A DNA stretch of 37,972 nt from Candidatus Heimdallarchaeota archaeon (GCA_020353515.1 CP070695.1:4009560-4047531), one strand, 5' to 3'. Positions 1 through 9,791 are shown, counted from the stretch's first letter. Numbers and translations are program-made. Notes: generated by a model from the sequence alone, not told the origin.

Positions 1-1909
1 TCCTCCCTTTTCTTTTAGGACGGATAACGAGATGAACACCTAATAAAGCACCAAATAACATGACCAGAGTAAACCCTGATGTGTTTTCGATTCTCGAGCT
101 TTGAATGGTGGTCATAGGTATGGAGCTTTGAGTAGATCCAAAGGAGCTTGTATGGTAATTCTCAACATGATTGTCTATGTCACGAATATCCCAGCGCCAG
201 TCCTCGTGACGGAGAAGACTGATGTACTCCCCAGGAACATATTCGTTCCACATATATGGGCCAGTTCCAATAATTTGATCATTGGTTGGAGTAAACGCGG
301 ATATATTTGTTACATCACGCCAGATGTGCTCGGGGGTAATGTAAAAACGTGTTGTGTCCACCCACTCGAAGTATCCTGTCTCGTTGATATATAATTCAAT
401 TGTATGGCCTTCAGGTCCATTGGGCGTTTCTATTTTGTAAACGTTTGCCATATTTGGTTCACTATAAGGAGAGTTTCGCCATAGATGAAGGGAATGGTTA
501 ACATCAGCAGCAGTGAATGGTTCCCCATCGTGCCAGGTTTCGTTCTCGTATAAGTAGAATGTGAATTTCTGGCCGTCTCGAACCTCTCCATTAGCCACAG
601 TCTGTTCAATCTCCCAGTCGTACGCCAACCCTGGAATGGGATCCCAGGTGTAAGGATCGATGTTCCAGAGTCTCTCATAGATGTATTGGAAGACAGTTTC
701 TTCATAACGAGTGCGTTGCAAATAAGGGTTGAAAGTACCTAGAGTATCGGACAAGCAATAATAGAAAGTACCACCATAAGGCCCACCAAGGGAGTCTTTA
801 AGATGTAGTTTAGTTACACAGACCAGGTTCTCTCCATTAGCAATACCCGCACCAAGAAAATCAAACCACCCATCAAACCTGTCAGTACGGTAAACACAAA
901 TAATCGGATAATTGTAGCAAATAATCTGAGGTTGTTCAAAGGTCAAAAGTGTGTTTGCTTCACGAGCAAAGGCTTTAACTTCATTTAAGTCAGTAGATAT
1001 CACCATTTGGTCAAGAATTGTATCAATGGTGCTATTACTGAATTGATAATAGCTATTCCATTTTGCATCCGTTCTAAAGTTATCATATAGGAATTCTGGT
1101 GTGTTTATCATAGAAACTCCTTCAGTCCAACTTCTGACTGAATACCAAGAAGATGGGGTTGGTGGATTTGTAAAAACTTGAGTATAATCTTCTGCTTTAA
1201 TTCCCATTTGTTCTAATCCGTCCTCCAATATCTTAAGGGCATTCCTAGCTACTCCATGCAAAGATACCTCATAATCATAATGTTCTAAATCAACCCCTGG
1301 ATCCCAAATACCATTCCTGTTTTGGTCATATTCTCGCCAACCATCCCCATCTAGATCGATAAAACCAGCATTTTCGAGGGATTTATTTCCTGATACGTAA
1401 TCTGCTTCATAGAAGTGTTCAGCCATCTCGCTTTCGACTTCCCATTCTGTTGCACATATCGGAAAAAGACTATCTTGGGGTAATCCGATACCTCCGATGC
1501 ATTCCATATTTGCTCGATATTTATCATACCCAAATGCCATAGCGCGACGAAAAGCGGTAATATTGGTAGGGAATCGGTCACAATTGACAGTGAGTGCTCG
1601 ATAACGGATACTTGAGGTGAATGTCAACTCAATATTCGGATCCCTAGCAAATGTTGCTAAGTATTCTTCTGGTACTTGTTCATCGTAAGCATCAATGTCC
1701 CCATTTTCCAGCGCTAACATGGCTAAGGAGATTTCATTCTCATTAAAAATTATAAATTTTACTTCATCAACATATGCACCATAAGGGCGAAACTGGGAAG
1801 ACCATTTAGGTGTAGAAAGAATTTTCGTTGAGACAAGTTGAATTTTAGGACAGAATAATCCTAATAGGGAAAATCCAAGCATTAGATGATAAATGTATCT
1901 TTTTTTCAA
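1..1909 (-). CDS. ABC transporter substrate-binding protein, family 5 (OppA/DppA-like), circularly permuted, C-terminally anchored; stop codon lies just outside the window
   Basis: Manual translation: TTG at 1909 (overlapping the TGA of the upstream gene), then 636 open codons to the edge. Signal peptide MKKRYIYHLMLGFSLLGLF; motifs LALENGDID, FRRAMAFGYDK, AGFIDLDGDGWRE, YGGTF..TFNP, PGLAYDW, WHDGEPFTAADV, IIGTGPY; ends in S/T linker + SGFTLVMLFGALLGVHLVIRPKRKGR. Absent from the ORF track because no stop falls inside the window. Confidence 0.9.
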   Translation of the reverse strand, partial: MKKRYIYHLMLGFSLLGLFCPKIQLVSTKILSTPKWSSQFRPYGAYVDEVKFIIFNENEISLAMLALENGDIDAYDEQVPEEYLATFARDPNIELTFTSSIRYRALTVNCDRFPTNITAFRRAMAFGYDKYRANMECIGGIGLPQDSLFPICATEWEVESEMAEHFYEADYVSGNKSLENAGFIDLDGDGWREYDQNRNGIWDPGVDLEHYDYEVSLHGVARNALKILEDGLEQMGIKAEDYTQVFTNPPTPSSWYSVRSWTEGVSMINTPEFLYDNFRTDAKWNSYYQFSNSTIDTILDQMVISTDLNEVKAFAREANTLLTFEQPQIICYNYPIICVYRTDRFDGWFDFLGAGIANGENLVCVTKLHLKDSLGGPYGGTFYYCLSDTLGTFNPYLQRTRYEETVFQYIYERLWNIDPYTWDPIPGLAYDWEIEQTVANGEVRDGQKFTFYLYENETWHDGEPFTAADVNHSLHLWRNSPYSEPNMANVYKIETPNGPEGHTIELYINETGYFEWVDTTRFYITPEHIWRDVTNISAFTPTNDQIIGTGPYMWNEYVPGEYISLLRHEDWRWDIRDIDNHVENYHTSSFGSTQSSIPMTTIQSSRIENTSGFTLVMLFGALLGVHLVIRPKRKGR

Positions 1910-3990
1910 TTTGGAATCTTCCTTAATTTGTTGATTCGTCGTTTCATGAGGAAAATCGCTAAAAATGATGTTAATATAACGAAGGGAGTGAATCCTATTG
2001 TACTTTTTGTCTTGGAGCTTGGATAAATGATCACTGATGTTGTTGAAACCTCTTCTAGAGAGGATTTTGTATCATAAAAAATATCAAGGTCTAATAGAAT
2101 AGAGTCTATACCTGGGGTTGGTCCTCTCAGGTCCTCAACCTCTAATCTCGCTCGCCAATAAAGAATACTAGAATGTTTATCAGTTAATGAATAAATCTCA
2201 TTTGGATTAATAAGTTCCCATCTAATACTATTTGTTGATACTTGATAATAGATACATGAATTAGGAAATACTGTCTGATTGACTGAAAGAGTGACATTAT
2301 GAATGTCTCCCGTACTTCTGTAACAACAGACTGATTGTGCTACTACAAATCCTATCATCTCAGGAAGTTCGAAAATTACCAATATATGTCTAGAGCATGA
2401 TACAAAGAGATAATTTTCTTTAATGAAGACACTTCTAGCACTGCTAGGAGTGGATCGGCTAATACGTTCTCCAGAATTGAGGGGATTGCTGCTATCAATG
2501 AGGGTCAAACCTTCTGCGCTTGTTGTACCTGCAAAATAGTCATTGACAAATACATCAGTTGCTCTACCAACAGTATTTCGGTACATTGGAATTCCTGGGT
2601 TGATCGGGTCGCTAATATCGATGATTGCGAGACCAGCTGTACCACAAGCGACATATGCGAAATCTCCTCCGATACAAACACTATAAGTAACTCCATTGGT
2701 TTCCTGATAGATTGGTTCTCCAGGATTAGTCGGGTCACTTATATCGATTATTACCAAACCAGAGAATAAACAGGCAAGGTAGGCATAATTTCTGCCAATA
2801 TAAACAATGTATGCATCCCCAGTTGTATCTCGATAGATCGGTGTGCCAGGATTATTCGGATCACTTATGTTGATGATAGCTAGACCAGAAAATCCATTAG
2901 CGATATATGCGAATTCTCCACTGATAAAAACATCATGAGCATCCCCAATTGTGTCTCGATAGATTGGTGCGCCAGGATTATTCGGATCACTAATGTTGAT
3001 GATTGCTAAACCGGCAGATAAACAGGCAACATAAGCATAATCCCCATTTATATGAACACCAGTAGCAGCTACTGATGTGGCATAAGTTGGTGTGCCTGGG
3101 TTGGTAGGATTACTAATATTAATGATCGCTAGACCAGCACTTCCACAGGCTACATAGGCGTAATCTCCACTTACAAAAACATCTAAACCCAGTTCATCGA
3201 TACCCTCATAAAGTGGTTTCTCTGACATATTGAGAGGTGGTTGAATTCTTCCATGTCCCCAACCACTTGCATTTGTAGCGGTTTTATTACAATAAATTTC
3301 ACTATCAAGCCCATATAAATCTTCATTATAACAATTAATTAATTTATTACTTCTCCCAGGCGTAATTTTTGCAGGAAACCAATTATCACTATTATCTAAG
3401 TCATTTCCTATAAGTTGGAGTGATTCGTGTCTATTTAACTCCCATTTTATTGTTTCTGTAACAATCTTACCATTATTAGGCCAATTACCCCAGGATCTCT
3501 TCAAATCTATTTTATCTTCAGTTGTAATCCCAAAAGCAACAAAATCATGAGCTGTATCCTCACTAAGATTGTGAAGACTATCATTATCTTCAAAGAGAGA
3601 TATCGAATCCCCATGATTAGTAAGTTGTTCTGCAATTTCATTCATATAAAAATGAAAGACTGGGCCATCGTTATCATTAACTCCAACCCCTAAATGAATA
3701 ACAATAATATCATTTGACGAAACTAAGGGACATGAGCTGGGAATCTCCCAGAAATTGTCATTCCCCCCATTTGTGACGTACCAGTAAGAAGGATCGAAAC
3801 CTCCTTCGATAACAAGTAATTCAATATATTCATCTTTGGCCCACTCCACTCTTAATTCTTGAATTTCATATTTAATCTCATTTATGCGAATCTTGTTTGT
3901 AGCTTGCATATGGGGACGAAATTCTGACCCCCATTTTGAAGTTTTTAAAGCCATTGCTGAAGAAGGTAGATGAGAGCATAGAATTGCCAT
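1906..3990 (-). CDS. Surface protein: lamin-tail-like domain + LVIVD repeats + C-terminal TM anchor (true start probably upstream, about 4035-4038)
   Basis: IRINEIKY...DEYIELL resembles a lamin-tail domain; about six 42-aa repeats of type DVFVSGDYAYVACGSAGLAIINISNPTNP; ends IGFTPFVILTSFLAIFLMKRR. Confidence 0.8.
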   Translation of the reverse strand: MAILCSHLPSSAMALKTSKWGSEFRPHMQATNKIRINEIKYEIQELRVEWAKDEYIELLVIEGGFDPSYWYVTNGGNDNFWEIPSSCPLVSSNDIIVIHLGVGVNDNDGPVFHFYMNEIAEQLTNHGDSISLFEDNDSLHNLSEDTAHDFVAFGITTEDKIDLKRSWGNWPNNGKIVTETIKWELNRHESLQLIGNDLDNSDNWFPAKITPGRSNKLINCYNEDLYGLDSEIYCNKTATNASGWGHGRIQPPLNMSEKPLYEGIDELGLDVFVSGDYAYVACGSAGLAIINISNPTNPGTPTYATSVAATGVHINGDYAYVACLSAGLAIINISDPNNPGAPIYRDTIGDAHDVFISGEFAYIANGFSGLAIINISDPNNPGTPIYRDTTGDAYIVYIGRNYAYLACLFSGLVIIDISDPTNPGEPIYQETNGVTYSVCIGGDFAYVACGTAGLAIIDISDPINPGIPMYRNTVGRATDVFVNDYFAGTTSAEGLTLIDSSNPLNSGERISRSTPSSARSVFIKENYLFVSCSRHILVIFELPEMIGFVVAQSVCCYRSTGDIHNVTLSVNQTVFPNSCIYYQVSTNSIRWELINPNEIYSLTDKHSSILYWRARLEVEDLRGPTPGIDSILLDLDIFYDTKSSLEEVSTTSVIIYPSSKTKSTIGFTPFVILTSFLAIFLMKRRINKLRKIPN
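2560..3190 (-). repeat. Intragenic tandem repeats of about 126 bp encoding LVIVD units
   Basis: ctcgatagatcggtgtgccaggattattcggatcact at 2829 and ctcgatagattggtgcgccaggattattcggatcact at 2955 are 126 nt apart; more diverged copies flank them. Confidence 0.85.
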
Positions 3991-4187
3991 TAGAGTGATT
4001 CCAACTATTAAACCAAGTTGTTTCCTGTTTCCCAGAATTAATCCATCCTCAACTCAAGAAATCGATGTACTCTATACTCATTAAATAAATAAAGCCTTTC
4101 ATGTCTGAAATGACAGAATGGATTGTCGCGGGCAAGGCAAAGTTCTTTAGACTTCTGAACAAGAGGAATTGTAATTCTTAGAGGTGA

Positions 4188-4853
4188 ATGATTATGACAG
4201 TAGAGAGTCTATTTGAAGCACTGAAGAAAACCTTAGAGGAGTACGAACCTGAAAAAGCCGCAGAAATCGCCCAAGAACTCATAGAGGCTCAAGTTGATCC
4301 ATTAAAAGTGATTGATGAAGTATTAAGTCCAACGATGGAGATAATTGGAGACAAATTTGATAAAATGGATATCTTCCTCCCAGAACTTATGGGAGCGGCA
4401 GAAGCAATGCAATCTGCAACTTCTGTCCTTACAAAACACATTAAATCCACTACGGAACGTTCTGTAACAAAAGGAAAGGTTGTCATAGGAACTGTACATG
4501 GAGACATTCATGAAATCGGAAAAAACATAGTTAAAATCATGTTAGAAGTCTCAGGGTTTGAGGTATTTGATTTGGGAAAAGATGTCCCTTCTATGCAGTT
4601 CATTGAAAAAGCAGGTGAGGTGGGGGCTGATATGATCGCACTAAGCGCTCTCATGACAACCACCATGGTTTCCCAAAAAGAGGTCATTGAATTACTTACC
4701 GCGCTCGGTAAGCGTGATGATTATATCGTAATAATTGGAGGAGCTCCAACGACAGCAACCTGGCAACAAGAAATTGGGGCTGATGGATGGGCAGAAACAG
4801 CTGTTCAAGCGGCAAAATTAGCAACAGACCTTCTTAAAAAAAAGGCGAGATAA
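4188..4853 (+). CDS. Corrinoid (B12-binding) protein of a methyltransferase system, MtmC/MtbC-like
   Basis: Cap domain (IGDKFDKMDIFLPELM), DxHxxG motif GDIHEIGKNIV, SALMTTT, IIGGAP. SD-like GAGGTGA at 4181-4187 favours the ATG at 4194. Confidence 0.95.
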   Translation: MIMTVESLFEALKKTLEEYEPEKAAEIAQELIEAQVDPLKVIDEVLSPTMEIIGDKFDKMDIFLPELMGAAEAMQSATSVLTKHIKSTTERSVTKGKVVIGTVHGDIHEIGKNIVKIMLEVSGFEVFDLGKDVPSMQFIEKAGEVGADMIALSALMTTTMVSQKEVIELLTALGKRDDYIVIIGGAPTTATWQQEIGADGWAETAVQAAKLATDLLKKKAR

Positions 4854-6239
4854 ATGGTCACTCCTCCGTGGCGAATCAATGAAGTGTTAGAAAGAGCAGA
4901 AAATGGTCCCGTATGTTTAGAAAAAGACTACGATCTTAAACTCCTAGTTCCAGGACTTAAAAGAGTTATTAAAGAGTACGATATTGTTTTTGATCCTGCA
5001 ACACCAGTTCCCCAAGATGACACCCTAGCAGATAGTCTATGGAAAGCTGCCATGGATCTATATCTTGAAATAGGAACTCTAAATACAGATACTCACCGTA
5101 GAATCTTATTTACAGAGGAGGAAATAAAAGAGGCGCTTGGTAACTTCCCTGGAAGGTTCACAATGGGCTTTGGACGAGATTCAAAAGAAATAACCAGTAG
5201 AATGATTGAAGATGTCCGACGACCTTATTGCTTGTTCTCTCCTGACATCACCTGTGACGAAGATATTTTTGTACCAATGAGTATGGCTTACCTGCAGGAA
5301 CCGTTAGCAAATGGTGTGTGTGCTCCAATCTTAGATGAAATCGAAGGAATGCCCATTCGATCAGGGTATCCTTCAGAAGTGAAAGGATCAGTTGCTCATG
5401 CTATGATGTTCCGAGAGGCTGCCCGACGAGTTGGCCGTCCAGGTATCTTTCTGAAAAGTGTTGGGACAGCGGAATCTGATGCCGCTCAAATTGCTGCCAG
5501 TAACCCTGAATGGGGAGAACGCTTGACTGATGGACGTTTCGTAGCTTGTATCACTGAATTGAAGATAGATAATTCTCTCCTAAATAAAATGATCCATTTC
5601 CATACTTACGGCTGCTTTGTTGGGTGTCTTGCAGGACCGATCCTTGGAGGATACGCAGGTGGCCCTGAAGGCACTGCTATTGTTGGTATTGCGTATCATT
5701 TGATGGGGCTCCTCGTAAACCAAGCACATTTCATGAATTACTTCCCTTTCCACTTAAAACACACCTGCAATACTATGCGGGAGCTGCTTTGGGTGGTTTC
5801 TTCTACCTACCAAGCTTTAGCTCGTAATAGTAACTTTGTTTCAATGTCAAACGGCTTTGCAGCTGCTGGTCCATGCACCGATATGGTCTTGCGAGAAGCA
5901 GCGACTCATGGACTCGTATCTGTCGTTTCTGGAGGAAATTTATGGGAAATGGCTGTCGCAAAAAATCGTCATAAGAATTATGCCACCCCTATGGAGGCAC
6001 GTATGGCTGCTGAAGTTGGATGTGGAGCAGCAGTCGAGAAAGTCTCCCGTGCTGATGCAAATGAGCTTACACTCACTCTACTAGAGACCTATGAAGCGAA
6101 TATCGAAAGCGCACCCCTTGGAAAAAACTTCCGAGAATGCTATGATGTCCAAAAAGTCAAACCTTCTCCAGAATATATGAATCTTTATCAGAAGATACGC
6201 ACAGAACTCGAAGACATTGGTGTTCCATTCATCTATTAG
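4854..6239 (+). CDS. mtmB: Monomethylamine:corrinoid methyltransferase family homologue lacking pyrrolysine
   Basis: 461 aa; ERAENGP, KEYDIVFD, DDTLADSLWKAA, RRILFTEEEI, GRPG, GGYAGGPEG, AGPCT, TPMEAR, GKNFRECYDV match the MtmB family as I recall it. Abuts the corrinoid gene; no in-frame TAG. Confidence 0.9.
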   Translation: MVTPPWRINEVLERAENGPVCLEKDYDLKLLVPGLKRVIKEYDIVFDPATPVPQDDTLADSLWKAAMDLYLEIGTLNTDTHRRILFTEEEIKEALGNFPGRFTMGFGRDSKEITSRMIEDVRRPYCLFSPDITCDEDIFVPMSMAYLQEPLANGVCAPILDEIEGMPIRSGYPSEVKGSVAHAMMFREAARRVGRPGIFLKSVGTAESDAAQIAASNPEWGERLTDGRFVACITELKIDNSLLNKMIHFHTYGCFVGCLAGPILGGYAGGPEGTAIVGIAYHLMGLLVNQAHFMNYFPFHLKHTCNTMRELLWVVSSTYQALARNSNFVSMSNGFAAAGPCTDMVLREAATHGLVSVVSGGNLWEMAVAKNRHKNYATPMEARMAAEVGCGAAVEKVSRADANELTLTLLETYEANIESAPLGKNFRECYDVQKVKPSPEYMNLYQKIRTELEDIGVPFIY

Positions 6240-6326
6240 GATGTTCTTCCTACAAAATTTTGCAGAAAAACCCAAATCCCGAGTATATTCACTTGAAAAA
6301 ATTAACGATTGGCTGTATCAATTATT

Positions 6327-7136
6327 CTATCTCCCGTTTAGCTGATTTCCATTTGTAAGCTGCTTTCTAGATGTCTTATCGTTTTCACCCAGATATCCTG
6401 CTGCACGGGGAAAACCAAACAAGCCAGGTTTAACCATCGGGGCGTGGAAATCCTCCTTGGCCCAGGGTGCAGGGAATTTCTGGAAGATAGATGTAGCAAT
6501 CAATGCGAATGTTTGGGTGGCAATAAAGATCAGATAATTATTGTAAAACACCAGGAACAACAGACATATTGCTACGTTTGGTATGTGGGAGACAACCGTT
6601 TTTATTATAATAGACCTTGGGGTGTCGTGTTCTGGACTAACTTTGATATCCCAGAAATAATCTTGGATGAAATATTGCCATGCGCCCATACTGACATAAG
6701 AACAGAGATAAATGGTCCATTTTGGCAGTGAGGTCATATTCCACAGGTGGTAGAAAGATAGGAGGAGTTGTCCAGTACTGATCCCCCAGAATAAGCCAAA
6801 GACGATCTCAGAACCGATATAATACTTACGATCAAATGTGAGCGTCATACGGGCCCATAAAATCCAATATGCCAAGAAAATATAGGTAAAACAAAAAATA
6901 CAGAAAGTAATCCATATAGGGTCATTCAGCTGTTCATTTGTTGCAATTGGCTGATTTAACAGTGTTTCCAAGGTTCCTGTTGCTGCTGAAACAATATTAC
7001 AAAAAGAAAAATAGATTAGTGCCCGGGTCCAGGCCATATCTGGTTTATATACATCTATGGGGAGTCCTCGATACTTAGTGACGTAAACACCTAACATGAT
7101 GATGAAAATGATAGTGACAGTTGCGATGTAAAACAA
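6327..7136 (-). CDS. Hypothetical multi-pass membrane protein (about 7 TM)
   Basis: 269-aa ORF with several hydrophobic segments; no family recognised. Confidence 0.7.
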   Translation of the reverse strand: MFYIATVTIIFIIMLGVYVTKYRGLPIDVYKPDMAWTRALIYFSFCNIVSAATGTLETLLNQPIATNEQLNDPIWITFCIFCFTYIFLAYWILWARMTLTFDRKYYIGSEIVFGLFWGISTGQLLLSFYHLWNMTSLPKWTIYLCSYVSMGAWQYFIQDYFWDIKVSPEHDTPRSIIIKTVVSHIPNVAICLLFLVFYNNYLIFIATQTFALIATSIFQKFPAPWAKEDFHAPMVKPGLFGFPRAAGYLGENDKTSRKQLTNGNQLNGR

Positions 7137-7310
7137 ATGATCATCTTATCACGACAGGGAGGTAAACCATCGTCTTTCTCTTGAAATATCAGTCTTCTTT
7201 TATGTAGAAAATCGATTATATTAAGATTCGGAATTATTCTTCTCAAAAGAATAACTGCCTAGAACATGGGATTTATAAATTAGGACGAAGATGTAGAATT
7301 TGGTGCTTTT

Positions 7311-8300
7311 ATGGATCTAGAAGGATTTGAGGCGTTTCTCCAAGAACGAAAACTTGACATGGAGAAAATAACCGAAGCAGTTGGAGTTATCCAAGAATTT
7401 AGTAAATTTGTATCAAACTCAATTGATAATGCAACATATAATGATTTTCAAGATTTCTCGGCTTATTTAATTAAAAATTACAAAAATACCTGGGATAATT
7501 ATATTCACATCCTCCGGTATGGGTATTTCAAGAAAAATAATCTCTTAATTATCGCAAGCATGGAGGTCATTGATGGAGGGGAAGTTATCCAAAATTTCTC
7601 ACAGCGGTTAATCGATGAGTTTGGGGAAGATATTCGAAATGAGATTTTTGGAGAGCTAGAGGTACCTCCATTGGGAATACACCCAAAGAGGAAACCAGCT
7701 ATTACCAAAGAATTAATTAAAAAATTTCTTCAAAAGGTTGATCGAAATAAATGCGCTGAATTCTTGGCGAGTGGACTCAGAAATAAGTATCCAGACTCAT
7801 ACAAATCAGCGCAGGCGAAATTTCTGAAAGCAAAAAATATTGACGAATTTCTAGAGATAAAGCGACAGGACTTCATTAATACCTTAAAAACACATTATGA
7901 AGAAGAAACTCTTTTCTTTACTCAAGAAATCAACGAACAAGTACTTGAGTACGTGAAAGGCCAAGAAGGAATGACTGAAGCGGGCATTCGAGAAGGGAAT
8001 AAGGTCATAATGACGAAAATCCCATATATGACAATACAATATCTCAATGCAACCGATGAACAGGAAAAGAGATATTATTACTGTCACTGTCCATGGGTAC
8101 GAGAAGCCCTGCTAGAAGAGAATCAACCAGTTGACCCTGTTTTTTGTAATTGCAGTGGAGGATATTACAAAAACTTCTGGGAGGCGGTTCTGGATCAACC
8201 TGTAAAAGTAGAATTATTGGAATCGGTTCTGAAAGGGAATCCAACATGTAAATTCGCCTTACACTTGCCACAAGAGGTTATAGATGCGTTAGAGACATAA
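7311..8300 (+). CDS. Cys-rich DUF6144/V4R-like protein, probably metal-binding
   Basis: C-terminal YYCHCPW...VFCNCSGGY...VELLESVLKGNPTCKF pattern; TATA-like TTTATAAA at 7272-7279. Confidence 0.65.
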   Translation: MDLEGFEAFLQERKLDMEKITEAVGVIQEFSKFVSNSIDNATYNDFQDFSAYLIKNYKNTWDNYIHILRYGYFKKNNLLIIASMEVIDGGEVIQNFSQRLIDEFGEDIRNEIFGELEVPPLGIHPKRKPAITKELIKKFLQKVDRNKCAEFLASGLRNKYPDSYKSAQAKFLKAKNIDEFLEIKRQDFINTLKTHYEEETLFFTQEINEQVLEYVKGQEGMTEAGIREGNKVIMTKIPYMTIQYLNATDEQEKRYYYCHCPWVREALLEENQPVDPVFCNCSGGYYKNFWEAVLDQPVKVELLESVLKGNPTCKFALHLPQEVIDALET

Positions 8301-8333
8301 TTAGAGGATAATACCGATTAGGTGGTTGTATAG

Positions 8334-9110
8334 GTGAACTTCAATCAAATAACTCCTCATGTTATAACAACTGCACCTAAGACCATTAATGAATTAACAG
8401 GAACAGATCCCTCAGAAACCGTTGCGTTAACTTGTATCAACCTACCAGAGGCATTAATAATTGTCGATTGTGGAGCTGATACCGAGAAAGCAAAAAAATT
8501 TCGTTATATTATGGAGGAGCATTTTAATAAAGAGATATCACATTTATTATTGACTCATGCCCACTGGGATCATTCCGACGCGTTAAACGTTTTTCAGGAT
8601 GTATCTGTGGTTATATCAAAGAAGGGAGCAACAAAGATCAAGGCTGATATCAAGGTAGCAGAGTCTTTTACAATCGGGTCAAAGCGAAATGAAGTTTTTT
8701 TCCAAGTATCAGAAGGTCATTCACCAGACTCTGCTTTTGTCCTGTATCCATCAGATAAAGTACTTATTACTGGGGATAATCTCCTCTCATGCTATGCGCA
8801 AGTGTTTTCCAATGGTAAAATAGTGTTGGATCTTTATCGACATTGGGAATCATTAGATGTGAAACACATTATTCCTGGCCATGGATTCGTGGTAGATAAG
8901 GACTATTTAATGAATGTGAGAGCCTATTTTGAAGATTTAATTAGTGTCCTAAAAAAATTAGAATCTCTCGGGTTAACAATAAATCAAGTGTTAAAACATC
9001 CTGATCTGCCTGAATATTGTTATAAAGATCATGCACTATGGGAAGAAGGAGGCAGACGTCATACTGGATGGGTGAACAGTGGAATTAAGTATTGGTATCG
9101 GCATGTGTAA
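8334..9110 (+). CDS. MBL-fold metallo-hydrolase
   Basis: IVDCG, THAHWDH, GHSPD, ITGD and IPGHG motifs. Confidence 0.9.
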   Translation: MNFNQITPHVITTAPKTINELTGTDPSETVALTCINLPEALIIVDCGADTEKAKKFRYIMEEHFNKEISHLLLTHAHWDHSDALNVFQDVSVVISKKGATKIKADIKVAESFTIGSKRNEVFFQVSEGHSPDSAFVLYPSDKVLITGDNLLSCYAQVFSNGKIVLDLYRHWESLDVKHIIPGHGFVVDKDYLMNVRAYFEDLISVLKKLESLGLTINQVLKHPDLPEYCYKDHALWEEGGRRHTGWVNSGIKYWYRHV

Positions 9111-9162
9111 TAATCTTTTTAAACTGACGATTTAGTAAATAACTAAATGAAAGGGATTAACA

Positions 9163-9789
9163 ATGGAATTTGTTTCCAGAGCCACACCATTATATGAATT
9201 CTTACAGTATTGTAATAAAACAAACATGGAAAGAAAAGTACTAGATTGTGGAGCAGGTGGACAACAACCACCTTTGTATTTATTCTACCAATATGGCTAT
9301 AAAACTTTTGGAATTGATAATAGTAAACATTCAATCAAGAATGCAGAAGATTTCTGTTATCAAAATAATCTGAATATTGACCTAAACATCAAACTGGGTG
9401 ATATGCGAGAAATAGAGTTTGAAGATGAGAGTTTTCCCTTTGTTTATTCTTACAATACAATAATGCATATGTCAAAGAAAGACATTACTCGAGCAATGAA
9501 AGAAATGGAAAGAGTTCTAATAAAAGATGGACTACTTTATGTTAACTTCGGATCGGAAGATTCAGAAATTGGTGATAGAGGGGAAAAGATAGGTGAGGGA
9601 GAGTACGCACTACCTATTGGGAATAATGAAAAAGCCCTCCATTCATTCCATACAGATGATGAGGCTGATGTGTATTTTAGAAATTTTGAACTTCTTCATA
9701 AAGATAAGAGCATGTTGTATCGATATGAAAAAGGAGAATTAGAATTCATTCTCGGTGAAATCAATTATGTCGGAAAAAAAATCAGATAA
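9163..9789 (+). CDS. Class I SAM-dependent methyltransferase
   Basis: VLDCGAGG, GID, GDMREIEFEDESFPFV, RVLIKDG. Confidence 0.9.
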   Translation: MEFVSRATPLYEFLQYCNKTNMERKVLDCGAGGQQPPLYLFYQYGYKTFGIDNSKHSIKNAEDFCYQNNLNIDLNIKLGDMREIEFEDESFPFVYSYNTIMHMSKKDITRAMKEMERVLIKDGLLYVNFGSEDSEIGDRGEKIGEGEYALPIGNNEKALHSFHTDDEADVYFRNFELLHKDKSMLYRYEKGELEFILGEINYVGKKIR

Positions 9790-9791
9790 TT

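Noticed and set aside
101-1581. Track ORFs 101..394, 430..705 and 1351..1581, suggesting a fragmented or pseudogene region
   Set aside because: All are shadow frames of one uninterrupted minus-strand SBP ORF (1909 to <1).
6237-6297. Pyrrolysine read-through of the TAG ending mtmB
   Set aside because: The TAG is at the normal C-terminus of the family (LEDIGVPFIY), not at the catalytic site; TAG also ends several other complete genes here.
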